Of a stretch of DNA of 64,000 nt, positions 12,285-21,090 are shown in pieces. The translations under genes and the position numbers were made by a program. This DNA comes from Candidatus Krumholzibacteriia bacterium (GTDB lineage: Bacteria > Krumholzibacteriota > Krumholzibacteriia > LZORAL124-64-63): positions 224,404 to 288,403 of the forward strand of contig JBFXKG010000001.1 of assembly GCA_050174015.1 (NCBI GenBank). The letters run 5' to 3'. Positions within the stretch are counted from its first letter, which is position 1. Each line of letters opens with the position of its first letter. The notes under the pieces were generated by a model. The model worked only from the letters and a program-made list of their open reading frames with translations, did no database searches and was not told the origin of the DNA.

Positions 12285-14291
12285 TCACAGGGAAAGGCTC
12301 AGGCCCCCGGAAACGACCCGCCCCGGCTGGGGCAGGCCCACCTGGGAATCCACCCACTGGTCGAACAGATTGTCGACCCGCAGGTGGAGCTCGACGGCCC
12401 TGCCGTCCTGGACCCAGCGGTACCCCGCCCGGGCGTTCCAGGTCACCCCGGCAGGGAGCCGCAACAGACCGCCGGCGGCGTCCGAGGCCCCGGATCCGTC
12501 CGCGCTCCAGCGGGGTCCCGTCAGGGCGGCTTCGACCCGGGCGCCGGGACCCCGGTCCCGGTGGAGGCCGATCCCCAGGCGGGACATGTAGTCGGGACGA
12601 TCCTCGGCGGGGGCGTCGAATCCCGTCGGGGTTTCGGTCCGGGGGGCGAGGATGGTGTGCTGGGCGGAGATCCACACGTCGCCGGCCGGTCTCCATGAAC
12701 CCGCGGCCTCCCAGCCCGGCACCCGGATGGACGTGCGATTGACGCGCATGAACCGGCCGTCGGAACCGGGGATCTTCACCTTCTCGATGCCCCCGTCCAG
12801 GGTCTGATGGAAAATGGTGGTGCTCAGGGACCAGTCCCGGCCGCGGGCGGCCAGGCCGATCTCGGCGAGATCCTGCCGTTCGGGACGCAGGTCGGGGTTG
12901 GGTTCGAACTTGCCCAGGGCTCCGGAGAACATTTCCCGGAGGGAGGGGAACCGGGACCGGCGGGAGATCGAGCCGTACAGCTCGGTATCCCTGCCGAGCT
13001 GCCGCTGCACCCGAAGGTTCAGGGCTTCGGCGCTGTCACCGGACCGGTCCGGCTTGTCGCCCGTCTCGGGGGTGGCGGCCAGGTCGATCCCCGCGCCGCC
13101 GCGGATCGTCCAGTGCTCCCGGGGGCGGAACTCCCCCTCGCAGACCAGGCCCCAGACCCACTGGGCGTAGGCCAGCGTCCCGCCGCCGACGGTCAGGGAT
13201 TCCCGGTGGTGGGTGTAGCGGGCGTTGCCCTGGAGGGTCACCCGCCCCGTGTCGGTGATCCAGCGGGTCACGCCCAGCATGCCGTGGCCCGTCCGGTCGA
13301 AGTTCTGCTCGTAGTCCTGGCCGTCCTCGAGGGGCGCCCCCCAGCCGTCGGGTCCGCGCGGGTCGATCTCCTGGTCGAAGTAGTCGAGAGCCGCCATGGC
13401 GCTCACGTCCCAGACCCCGTCGTGGCCGACGGGAAGGTGCAGGGATGCGCCGACCAGGACCCGATCGCGCGCGGGAAACCGCCAGAACCTGGCGTCGTCA
13501 CCCATGTTCAGCTCGGCGGGCACGCCCTTCTTCTGGTGCCATCCGGTGGCCAGCAGGTTGAGGCGGCCGGCGGCGCCGACGGGGCGGCTGCCCCTCAACA
13601 GCAGGGAGTACTGGTCGAGGTCGCTGTTCTGCCGCTCATCGTCCCCCGTTGCGGCCGGGTGGTCCTGGGGCAGAGGCCAGGAAGCGCGGTCCTGCCAGCC
13701 GCCGGCGCCCAGCAGTTTCCAGCTTCCGGAGTCGGCGTGGTAGGTGGTCCCGAACCGCGTCAGCCCGGACTGCCCCAGGGAAGCGGAAGTGCGGCCCCGG
13801 GCCTCTTCCCCTGCCTCGGGAGCGAGGATGCGGACGCTGCCGGCCAGGACGCCGGGCCCCTCCAGCAGGCTGGCCAGGCCGCGCCGCCCCTCGAGGCGGC
13901 TGTCTCCGGTGATGGGGATGGATTCCAGATCGACGCGGTCGTCCCAGGGCAGACCGAGGGGAATCCCGTCGAGGAAGGTCTGGACGTGGCGCTCGGGAGC
14001 TCCCCGGATCATGAGATAGGACTCGCCCCGGCTGTTGACGGCGACCCGGGTGGAGGGCAGCAGCCCCCCGATGTCGGCCAGGGAGGCGGGGTCCATGGCC
14101 TCGATCTCGGGAGCGGGGATGACCATCACTCCGGTGGCGGGAGGGGCGGCCGCCTCGCTGCTGACGACCAGGTCGGCGATCTCCGTCACGCCGCCGGCCG
14201 CCGGACCAGGGGATTCCTGCCCGGCGAGGGGGGCCGGCAGGGAGACCAGGATCGGCATCAGGACGAGCAGGAGTGCCTTCAATGGACGCAT
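12285..14291 (-). CDS. TonB-dependent outer-membrane receptor
   Basis: Signal peptide, plug motifs (LMIRG...TFLDGIP), barrel motifs RFPSLREM and NPDLRPER, VDNLFD...PQPGR, and an amphipathic C-terminus. Confidence 0.88.
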   Translation of the reverse strand: MRPLKALLLVLMPILVSLPAPLAGQESPGPAAGGVTEIADLVVSSEAAAPPATGVMVIPAPEIEAMDPASLADIGGLLPSTRVAVNSRGESYLMIRGAPERHVQTFLDGIPLGLPWDDRVDLESIPITGDSRLEGRRGLASLLEGPGVLAGSVRILAPEAGEEARGRTSASLGQSGLTRFGTTYHADSGSWKLLGAGGWQDRASWPLPQDHPAATGDDERQNSDLDQYSLLLRGSRPVGAAGRLNLLATGWHQKKGVPAELNMGDDARFWRFPARDRVLVGASLHLPVGHDGVWDVSAMAALDYFDQEIDPRGPDGWGAPLEDGQDYEQNFDRTGHGMLGVTRWITDTGRVTLQGNARYTHHRESLTVGGGTLAYAQWVWGLVCEGEFRPREHWTIRGGAGIDLAATPETGDKPDRSGDSAEALNLRVQRQLGRDTELYGSISRRSRFPSLREMFSGALGKFEPNPDLRPERQDLAEIGLAARGRDWSLSTTIFHQTLDGGIEKVKIPGSDGRFMRVNRTSIRVPGWEAAGSWRPAGDVWISAQHTILAPRTETPTGFDAPAEDRPDYMSRLGIGLHRDRGPGARVEAALTGPRWSADGSGASDAAGGLLRLPAGVTWNARAGYRWVQDGRAVELHLRVDNLFDQWVDSQVGLPQPGRVVSGGLSLSL

Positions 14292-14318
14292 GCGCGGTCT
14301 CCAGGGAAAGGGAACGGA

Positions 14319-14789
14319 CTACTTGGGGCCGTACCCTTCACGGTACCGCAGGATCCTGGCCGGACATCCGGCCACGACGGCCCCGTCGGGCACGTCCTTC
14401 GTCACGACCGCGCCGGCGCCGACCACGGCGTTCCGGCCCACGCGCACCGGGAGGATGGTGCTGTTGCTGCCCAGGCTGGCGCCGTCCTCGATGACGGTCG
14501 GGAGCCACTTGTCACGGTCGGCCTGCGGAGGCATGGTGTCGTTGATGAACATCACGCCGTGGCCCACGAAGACGTCGCTGCCGATGGTCACCAGCTCGCA
14601 GATGAAGGTGTGGCTCTGGACGCGCGTGCGGTCCCCGATCTTGACCCCGGCCTGGATCTCCACGAAGGTGCCGACCATGCAGTCGCGCCCGATCTCGCAT
14701 TCGTAGAGGTTGACGAAGTTCCAGACCCTGGTGCCTTCACCGATCCTGCAATCGCGGATGATCTGCTTGTCGTTGACCGGGTAACTCAT
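14319..14789 (-). CDS. Hexapeptide-repeat N-acetyltransferase (WbpD/FdtC-like left-handed beta-helix)
   Basis: VEIQAGVKIGDRTRVQSHTFICE, VFVGHGVMFIND, GAGAVVTKDVP and VAGCPAR. Confidence 0.9.
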   Translation of the reverse strand: MSYPVNDKQIIRDCRIGEGTRVWNFVNLYECEIGRDCMVGTFVEIQAGVKIGDRTRVQSHTFICELVTIGSDVFVGHGVMFINDTMPPQADRDKWLPTVIEDGASLGSNSTILPVRVGRNAVVGAGAVVTKDVPDGAVVAGCPARILRYREGYGPK

Positions 14790-14968
14790 GGACGATTCCT
14801 CACTGGATGGGGTTGGCTGGTGACGACTTTTGAAGATAATACACGGGAAGGGCGATGAGGAAGGGAAAGAGGGAGGGTTCCCATTTGGAGCCCCGGAGTA
14901 TAGGATCCCTCCCGACGGAGAACCGGCAGGTCCCGGGCCCTTGGCCCGGACGGGGAGGAGCCCGACCC

Positions 14969-15547
14969 TTGAACCGCGACGACGAAACGATTGCGATAGG
15001 CTGGAGCGACTTCGCCCTCTCCCGCCACACCCCTTCCGGCGCCCACGTCTGGTTCCGGGGAACTCCGGAAGAATTGGTGCGGTTGGTCCGCAGGAACTGG
15101 TCCCGCCGCCGGCCCGGCGCCGGGCGCAGCGATCTCGACAAGGTCGTGATCGTGCCGGTGCCCCCCGAGGGCTTCGTCTCGGCGACCGTCAAGGTGGACG
15201 AGGGGACGCGGCTGAAGGCGGAATTCACCCGCCGGCAGCCGCACGAGGATGGCTACGTTCGGGTTCTGGCCGAGGGGCCCCGGGAGGCGGTCGCCCATGC
15301 GGGCGTGGTCCTCTATTCGCGGGACGTCCTCCTGGAGAACGGGGGGACCCGCAGCGGGGACGATGATTGGGAGATCGTCTGCCTCCTGGCCGGGCCGATG
15401 GAGAACGAGCCGATGGATCCCCTGACCATGGCCCGCAACATGCTCGCCATGCCCGGAGGAACCCCGTGCGCCTACACTGCGGAGCAGTTCGCCGAGGCGG
15501 TGTGGTACTGGGCGGGTCGGGCGGCGGCGATGCCCGAGGATCGATGA
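14969..15547 (+). CDS. DUF3228-like protein
   Basis: TTG start after GGAGGAG. Motifs VVLYSRDVL, WEIVCL, EPMDPLTMARNML..PGG and AVWYW match the DUF3228 pattern as recalled. Confidence 0.7.
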   Translation: MNRDDETIAIGWSDFALSRHTPSGAHVWFRGTPEELVRLVRRNWSRRRPGAGRSDLDKVVIVPVPPEGFVSATVKVDEGTRLKAEFTRRQPHEDGYVRVLAEGPREAVAHAGVVLYSRDVLLENGGTRSGDDDWEIVCLLAGPMENEPMDPLTMARNMLAMPGGTPCAYTAEQFAEAVWYWAGRAAAMPEDR

Positions 15548-15606
15548 CTCGTGGATGGGGCGGCCGGCCCCTCGAGGGGCCGGCCCGGGCGAGGTCCCAA
15601 GGCTTC

Positions 15607-15912
15607 CTATTCGTATTCCGCGTTGATGCTGGCTTCCCAGGCATCGATCTCGGCCTGGAGTTTCCGGTAGGCGGCCTGCTCCCGGAGTCCCCTCATCAGG
15701 TCCTTCATCTCCTCGTTCATGGTGCAGGAATCCGCAGCGGAATCTTCCTTCATGAGGGTGCAGCAGGAAGCGGGGGTTGCCGAGACCCCGGTCTGGTGGT
15801 GGCCCGGGGCCTGCACCGGGGTCGAAGCGGCGGGTGCCGGATCCTCACCAGCGGCCGCCAGGGCGGGAACGAGAATGAGCCCGGCGAGTAGTCCAATGAT
15901 CAGGGTCTTCAT
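15607..15912 (-). CDS. Small secreted hypothetical protein
   Basis: Clear signal peptide MKTLIIGLLAGLILVPALA, AAGGA RBS and three Cys residues. Confidence 0.65.
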   Translation of the reverse strand: MKTLIIGLLAGLILVPALAAAGEDPAPAASTPVQAPGHHQTGVSATPASCCTLMKEDSAADSCTMNEEMKDLMRGLREQAAYRKLQAEIDAWEASINAEYE

Positions 15913-16119
15913 GACATCGTCCTTTCGTTGACTCCACTTCAGGACCGGCGTCCCGGGGAGATTCCAATAATGCCGTCACCCTGGTCACTGCAGGTCCCGT
16001 TCCATGAGTCAAGTCGATGATGGACAAGGCATTCCATTGCTCTCCGGAAAAGGCTGGACAATATTCTCCATGAATATTCTCACCCCATGTGGACTATTCC
16101 CCAGGAAGGGGGCCGGGAT

Positions 16120-17241
16120 TCAGGAATCCCGGGCCAGCAGGACCGGATCCCGCAGGAGGTCGGCCGTCAGGCAGGAATGCACCGGCCAGACCAGGACGGG
16201 ATCCCCGATGCCCAGCTCGGCGTCGTCGGGGAAGGAGATCTCCGGGCCGAAGCGCACGATGCCGTGCTCCTGGGACAGGGCGACGATCTCGGCTCCGTCG
16301 ACGATCTCCCCCATCCGACCGTCCGGGGCCAGGGTTCCCAGCCTGCCGAAGACCGTCCCGCCCCCCCGACCAGGGAGGGATTCCTTCGACAGGTGGACGG
16401 CCCCGCCGTGGATGACGATCTCCCGCCGGTCGGGATAACGGCCCACGACCGGGCAGGCCGCGGCGGCCGCCAGGTTCCCCGGACCGCAGGAACCGATCGC
16501 CAGCTGCATCAGGTCGTAGTAGATGAAGTTGCCGGGGCGGATCTCGTCGACGCCGCGCAGGTCCTCGACGATGCTGCAGGTGGGGGTGTCCCCGACCGAG
16601 AGCAGCAACCGGGGATCCTGCAGGGAACCCCGGGCGGCCTCGAGGCGTTCCCGCGTCCCGGTCCAGACGGCCCGAAGGTCGGCGGCGGAGCGGGCGCGGT
16701 AGCTGTGGCCGGCGTGTGTCAGCAGCCCCACCGGTCCCGCGGGCAAGGCCGCCGCCACCGCGCGCAGCCCGCCGGCGTCGTTCCAGGGCACGCCGGTGCG
16801 GCCGAACCCGGTGTCGATCTTGAGCCAGGCCGCAACAGGCAGGCCGGGGATCGCGGCCAGGGCCCGGGCGGCCTCGACCGCATCGACGGTGACGCCCAGC
16901 CGGCCCCCCTTGCCTGCCAGATGCCGGGCCAGCCTTGCGATGGCCGGCAGCTCTCCGGGATTGAGCAGGAAGGCCAGGGTGATGTCGCGCCAGCCGAGGT
17001 CCGCGAACCGCTCGGCCATCGCGACCGAGGAGACGGTGATGCGGTCGATCCCCGCTGCGGCGAACCAGCGGGCGATCCCGGGCGACTGGTGGGTCTTGAA
17101 ATGGGGGCGGAACCCGACCCCGGACCGCAGGGCCCTGGCCTGCATGCGGGACAGGTTGGCGCGGGCGCGGCCCTCGTCGACCAGCAGAGTGGGGCGGACG
17201 ACGCCCAGCCCCCTGAGGATGTCGCTGGTGGTGCGGAACAT
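16120..17241 (-). CDS. PLP-dependent alanine-racemase-fold enzyme (D-threonine aldolase / DSD1 family)
   Basis: PTLLVDE, FRPHFKTH (PLP lysine), KIDTGFGRTG, GLLTHAGHSY, SVGDTPT, EIRPGNF, LSQEHG and PVHSCL. Confidence 0.9.
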   Translation of the reverse strand: MFRTTSDILRGLGVVRPTLLVDEGRARANLSRMQARALRSGVGFRPHFKTHQSPGIARWFAAAGIDRITVSSVAMAERFADLGWRDITLAFLLNPGELPAIARLARHLAGKGGRLGVTVDAVEAARALAAIPGLPVAAWLKIDTGFGRTGVPWNDAGGLRAVAAALPAGPVGLLTHAGHSYRARSAADLRAVWTGTRERLEAARGSLQDPRLLLSVGDTPTCSIVEDLRGVDEIRPGNFIYYDLMQLAIGSCGPGNLAAAAACPVVGRYPDRREIVIHGGAVHLSKESLPGRGGGTVFGRLGTLAPDGRMGEIVDGAEIVALSQEHGIVRFGPEISFPDDAELGIGDPVLVWPVHSCLTADLLRDPVLLARDS

Positions 17242-17247
17242 GGGGCG

Positions 17248-17256
17248 AATCTAGCA
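17248..17256 (-). promoter_or_regulatory. Extended -10 element (TGcTAGATT) 6 nt before the ATG: leaderless promoter candidate
   Basis: Minus strand reads TGCTAGATT-cgcccc-ATG, with no SD sequence. Confidence 0.5.
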
Positions 17257-17336
17257 AAGCCGGACCGCCATGTCATCCGGGTTGCAATTTCCGCATCCTT
17301 GGAGGACGATGGCCGGAACCTGGAGCGAGGTGGCCC

Positions 17337-17720
17337 ATGAAATGTCCGGCGTGCCGCGTGCCCATGTACGTGGTGGAATTCAAGCAGGTCGAACTGGACC
17401 TGTGCCCCGATTGCGGAGGCGTGTGGTTCGACCGGGGGGAACTGTCCCTGTTGCTGGGGGTCGACCGACCCCTGGAAACGGAGCCGGCCGCCGTGGATGA
17501 GGACCCCCGGCCCTGCCCCCTTTGCGACAAGACCATGGACAAGCTGAATATCGGGCCTTCCCTGCGGGTACTGGTGGACCGGTGTCCCGATTGCGGCATG
17601 TGGTTCGACCGGAGCGAGGTGGAGGACCTCGGCCGGGACCTGCGGGACAACGAGGTCGGGATCGATCCCGCCCTGGCGGAATTCCTGAACGGCGTGTTTC
17701 CGGTGAAAGGGGACCGATGA
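17337..17720 (+). CDS. Double zf-TFIIB-type zinc-ribbon protein
   Basis: Two copies of CPxC...D.CPDCGG.WFDRGE. The stop overlaps the lemA start. Confidence 0.85.
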   Translation: MKCPACRVPMYVVEFKQVELDLCPDCGGVWFDRGELSLLLGVDRPLETEPAAVDEDPRPCPLCDKTMDKLNIGPSLRVLVDRCPDCGMWFDRSEVEDLGRDLRDNEVGIDPALAEFLNGVFPVKGDR

Positions 17721-18277
17721 TGATTCCTCTGCTGATCGTACTGGGTCTGATCGGGCTGCTGGCGATGTGGGGGGTGGGCATCTACAACAGCCTGGTCGGC
17801 CTGCGCAACCGGGTCAAGGAGGCCTGGGCCCAGGTGGACGTGCAGCTCAAGCGGCGGTTCGACCTGATCCCCAACCTGATGGAGACCGTCAAGGGGTACA
17901 TGACCCACGAGCGGGAGACCCTCGAGGCCGTCACCCGGGCCCGGGCCGCCGTGGGCGGGGCGGGCAGCATCCCCGAACGGATCCAGGCCGAGGGCGGCCT
18001 GACCGCGGCCCTGGGCAGGCTGTTCGCCGTCTCCGAATCCTATCCCGACCTGAAGGCCAGCCAGAACTTCATGGCCCTCCAGGAGGAGCTGACCAGCACG
18101 GAGAACAAGATCGGCTTCGCGCGCCAGTTCTACAACGAGACCGTCATGAACATGAACAACAAGGTGCAGATGTTCCCCGGCAACATCGTCGCCGGCATGT
18201 TCAACTTCAAGAACGAGGCGTTCTTCGAGGTCACCGAGGAGACCCAGCGCGAGGCGCCCAAGGTCAAGTTCGACTAG
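17717..18277 (+). CDS. lemA: LemA family protein
   Basis: N-terminal TM, YNSLV.LRNRVKEAWAQVDVQLKRRFDLIPNL, ESYPDLKASQNF..LQEEL..TENKI..ARQFYN and C-terminal APKVKF. Confidence 0.96.
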   Translation: MMIPLLIVLGLIGLLAMWGVGIYNSLVGLRNRVKEAWAQVDVQLKRRFDLIPNLMETVKGYMTHERETLEAVTRARAAVGGAGSIPERIQAEGGLTAALGRLFAVSESYPDLKASQNFMALQEELTSTENKIGFARQFYNETVMNMNNKVQMFPGNIVAGMFNFKNEAFFEVTEETQREAPKVKFD

Positions 18278-18306
18278 ACGCGACGGACGGGGGACGGTAA
18301 GGCGAC

Positions 18307-19509
18307 ATGTGGGAGCAGATCGCGGCCAACCGCCGCAATTCCTTCCTGCTGGTCGTGGGCGCGGCCCTGCTGCTCATGGCCCTGGGCTGGTTCCTGGGCG
18401 AGTATTTCGGCGGCCGCGGCTTCGGCCCGTTCGGCCTGGGGATCGCGGCGGTCGTCTGGGTCGTGATGACCTTGTTCGCCTATTACCAGGGCGACCAGGT
18501 GATGCTTTCGATCGCCGGCGCCAAGAAGGTGGACAAGGCCGACCTGCCCATCCTCTTCAACGTGGTCGAGGAGATGACCCTGGCTGCGGGGCTGCCCCGC
18601 ATGCCTGCGGTCTACGTGATCGACGATCCGGCGCCCAACGCCTTCGCCGCCGGGCGCAGGCCCGAGAACGCCGCCGTCGCGGTGACCAGCGGGCTGCTCC
18701 GGCAGCTCAACCGCGACGAGCTCCAGGGGGTCGTCGCCCACGAGATGGCCCACGTCCGCAACCGGGACATCCAGCTGATGCTGTTCGCGGGGGTGCTGGC
18801 CGGTGCCATCGTGATCCTGGCCGAGGTGGGTCTGCGCGGGATGTGGTTCGGGGGCGGGCGCAGCCGCTCGCGCCGCAGCAGCGGGGGGCAGGACGGTTCG
18901 GCCATCGTCGCGATCCTCGCCATCGCCCTGATGATCCTGGCGCCCATCCTCGCCCAGCTGATCTACTTCGCGGTGTCCCGCAAGCGGGAATACCTCGCCG
19001 ACGCCTCCGCGGCGACCTTCACGCGGTATCCCGAGGGCTTGGCCTCGGCCCTGGAAAAGATCGCCCGGGCTCCGCAGCAGCTGGGCGGCGTCACCCAGGC
19101 GACCGCGCCCATGTACATCATCAACCCCCTCAAGCGCGCCGGCAAGGCCGCGGCCAACGCCACCTCCACCCATCCTCCCATCGACGAGCGCATCCGGATC
19201 CTCCGCAGCATGGCTGGGGCCGGGTTCGCCGCCTACGAGGAGAGCTACCGGCAGGCCACCGGCAAGCGGGGGGTCCTGCCCGGTTCGGCCCTGAAGGAGG
19301 ACGAGGCGCGGGCCCCCCGGTCGGGCGAGCCCGAGACGCCCGACGCCTCCCGGCGCACCATCGCCCGCCAGGTCGACGACTTCTTCTACCGCCAGGGAGG
19401 GTACCGCCGGATCGAGTGCGGGTGCGGGACCGTCCTGAAGATCCCTCCCGACTTCCGGGCCCCGCGCGCCGGCTGTCCCCGCTGCGGAGCGGTCCACGAG
19501 CTGGGCTGA
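18307..19509 (+). CDS. htpX: M48 zinc metalloprotease (HtpX family) with C-terminal Cys-rich zinc ribbon
   Basis: PNAFAAG, ELQGVVAHEMAH (HExxH), SRKREYLADA, GLASALEKI, STHPPIDERI, and C-terminal CGCG...CPRCG. Confidence 0.9.
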   Translation: MWEQIAANRRNSFLLVVGAALLLMALGWFLGEYFGGRGFGPFGLGIAAVVWVVMTLFAYYQGDQVMLSIAGAKKVDKADLPILFNVVEEMTLAAGLPRMPAVYVIDDPAPNAFAAGRRPENAAVAVTSGLLRQLNRDELQGVVAHEMAHVRNRDIQLMLFAGVLAGAIVILAEVGLRGMWFGGGRSRSRRSSGGQDGSAIVAILAIALMILAPILAQLIYFAVSRKREYLADASAATFTRYPEGLASALEKIARAPQQLGGVTQATAPMYIINPLKRAGKAAANATSTHPPIDERIRILRSMAGAGFAAYEESYRQATGKRGVLPGSALKEDEARAPRSGEPETPDASRRTIARQVDDFFYRQGGYRRIECGCGTVLKIPPDFRAPRAGCPRCGAVHELG

Positions 19510-19665
19510 TCGCCGGAACCCTTCCGGTTCGCAGGGGAGCGGACGTTTCCGGTTCGGCCGAACGCCCCGAAAAAAAAACTTCAATTTTTCCTTTGGTTCC
19601 TCCTCCGGGTGCCGATAACCCGAAAGCTATTCACACCTGAGCTTCGGGCAGAGGAGGAATTTGAC

Positions 19666-21006
19666 ATGACTCGTGGTAAGAAATCCAGTCTGCTGGGGAT
19701 TCTGATCCCTATGGCGGTCCTCACGCTGGGTTTGGCGCTCGTGGGCTGCAGCGATGACGAGAATCCCGTCACGCCGCAGACCGGCACCATCTCCGTGAAC
19801 GTGACGCCTGATGGGATCGGGGCCTCCTGGACCCTGACCAGCGCGGACAAGCTCGTCGCGTCCGCCTGGGGCGACTCCACCATGGCCGGCCTGGCTCCCG
19901 GCCAGTACACCCTGACCTGGAATACGGTCGCCAGCTGGGTGTCCCCGTCTCCGGCCGCCGACACCAGGACCCTGGTCGCCGGGCAGACCCTGTCCTTCAC
20001 GGGCACTTACCTGCAGGCTCCGGGATCCGTCGGCATCGACGTGAGTCCCGACGGCATCGGGATCCCCTGGGTCCTGACCAAGCCCGACGGCACCACGGTC
20101 GAGGGCTCCGAGGACACGGTCCTGGGCGACATGCCCGCCGGCCTGTACTCCCTGGTCTGGGGTTCGGTGGACTACTACCGGACGCCGGTCAGCGAGCAGC
20201 TCGAACTGGACGGCGCGGGCAGCGTCACCTTCACCTGCACCTACGAACTGGACGCCCCCGCCGAGGGCTTCACCCTGGTGCCTTCCGGCACCTTCGTCAT
20301 GGGCAGCTCCCAGGACGAGCCGGGCCGCGACAGCGACGAGAGCCTGCACCCGGTCACCATCAGCCAGGGATTCTGGATGAGCCAGTTCGAGGTCACCGAG
20401 TCCTGGTGGGACGCGGTGATGGGATCCGGCGTCGAAACGTCCAAGAAGCCCAAGGCTGGGGTCACCTGGGACCAGGCCGTCGAGTTCTGCAACACCCTGT
20501 CGGTCGCCGAGGGCCTGACTCCGGCCTACACGATCAACGGGACCAACGGCAACGTGGCCTTCAACCCCGCGGCCGACGGCTACCGCCTGCCGACGGAGGC
20601 CGAGTGGGAGTACGCCTGCCGCGCGGGTTCCTCCACCGCCTACTTCAACGGCGACATGACGGGCCTGTTCTGCGTCTACGACTCCTACCTGTACGAGGCC
20701 GGCTGGTACTGCGGCAACGAAAAGGGCGGGACCGAAGAGGTGGGCCAGAAGGCCGCCAACCCCTTCGGCCTGTACGACATGCACGGGAACGTCTGGGAAT
20801 GGGTCAACGACGCCTACGTGGCGGCCTATGAGACCCTCCCGGGCACCGACCCCTACGTGGCCGGTTCGACCGGCGAGTACCGCGTCGTCCGCGGCGGCGG
20901 TTACGGCAGCGGAACGCAGTTCTGCCGCTCGGCCGCACGCAGCAGCGCGCCCCCGACCATGGGCCACGCCCAGTACGGGTTCCGCGTGGTCAAAAACCTC
21001 GACTGA
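19666..21006 (+). CDS. Lipoprotein with Ig-like repeats and C-terminal SUMF1/FGE-sulfatase domain
   Basis: GAGGAGG RBS, lipobox LVG-C followed by SDDE, two repeated V.V.PDGIG..W.LT modules, and FGE motifs GTFVMGS, YRLPTEAEWEYACRAG, GLYDMHGNVWEW, RVVRGG and YGFRVV. Confidence 0.92.
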   Translation: MTRGKKSSLLGILIPMAVLTLGLALVGCSDDENPVTPQTGTISVNVTPDGIGASWTLTSADKLVASAWGDSTMAGLAPGQYTLTWNTVASWVSPSPAADTRTLVAGQTLSFTGTYLQAPGSVGIDVSPDGIGIPWVLTKPDGTTVEGSEDTVLGDMPAGLYSLVWGSVDYYRTPVSEQLELDGAGSVTFTCTYELDAPAEGFTLVPSGTFVMGSSQDEPGRDSDESLHPVTISQGFWMSQFEVTESWWDAVMGSGVETSKKPKAGVTWDQAVEFCNTLSVAEGLTPAYTINGTNGNVAFNPAADGYRLPTEAEWEYACRAGSSTAYFNGDMTGLFCVYDSYLYEAGWYCGNEKGGTEEVGQKAANPFGLYDMHGNVWEWVNDAYVAAYETLPGTDPYVAGSTGEYRVVRGGGYGSGTQFCRSAARSSAPPTMGHAQYGFRVVKNLD

Positions 21007-21039
21007 CGTCCCCCCGGGGACGTCCGCCAGGGCTCAGGC

Positions 21040-21072
21040 AAGGCGACCGGGAGACCGGTCGCCTTCCTTTTT
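21040..21072 (+). terminator. Intrinsic terminator between convergent genes
   Basis: AAGGCGACCGG-gaga-CCGGTCGCCTT (11-bp perfect stem) followed by ccttttt. Confidence 0.75.
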
Positions 21073-21090
21073 CCGGGACTCCACGGAGGC

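Noticed and set aside
20860..21030. FGE-sulfatase C-terminus followed by a hairpin (GACGTCCCC/GGGGACGTC) as a possible diversity-generating retroelement target
   Set aside because: No reverse transcriptase and no template-repeat copy in the window, and the variable-position codons are not clearly AAY-derived. A remote DGR cannot be excluded without the full genome.
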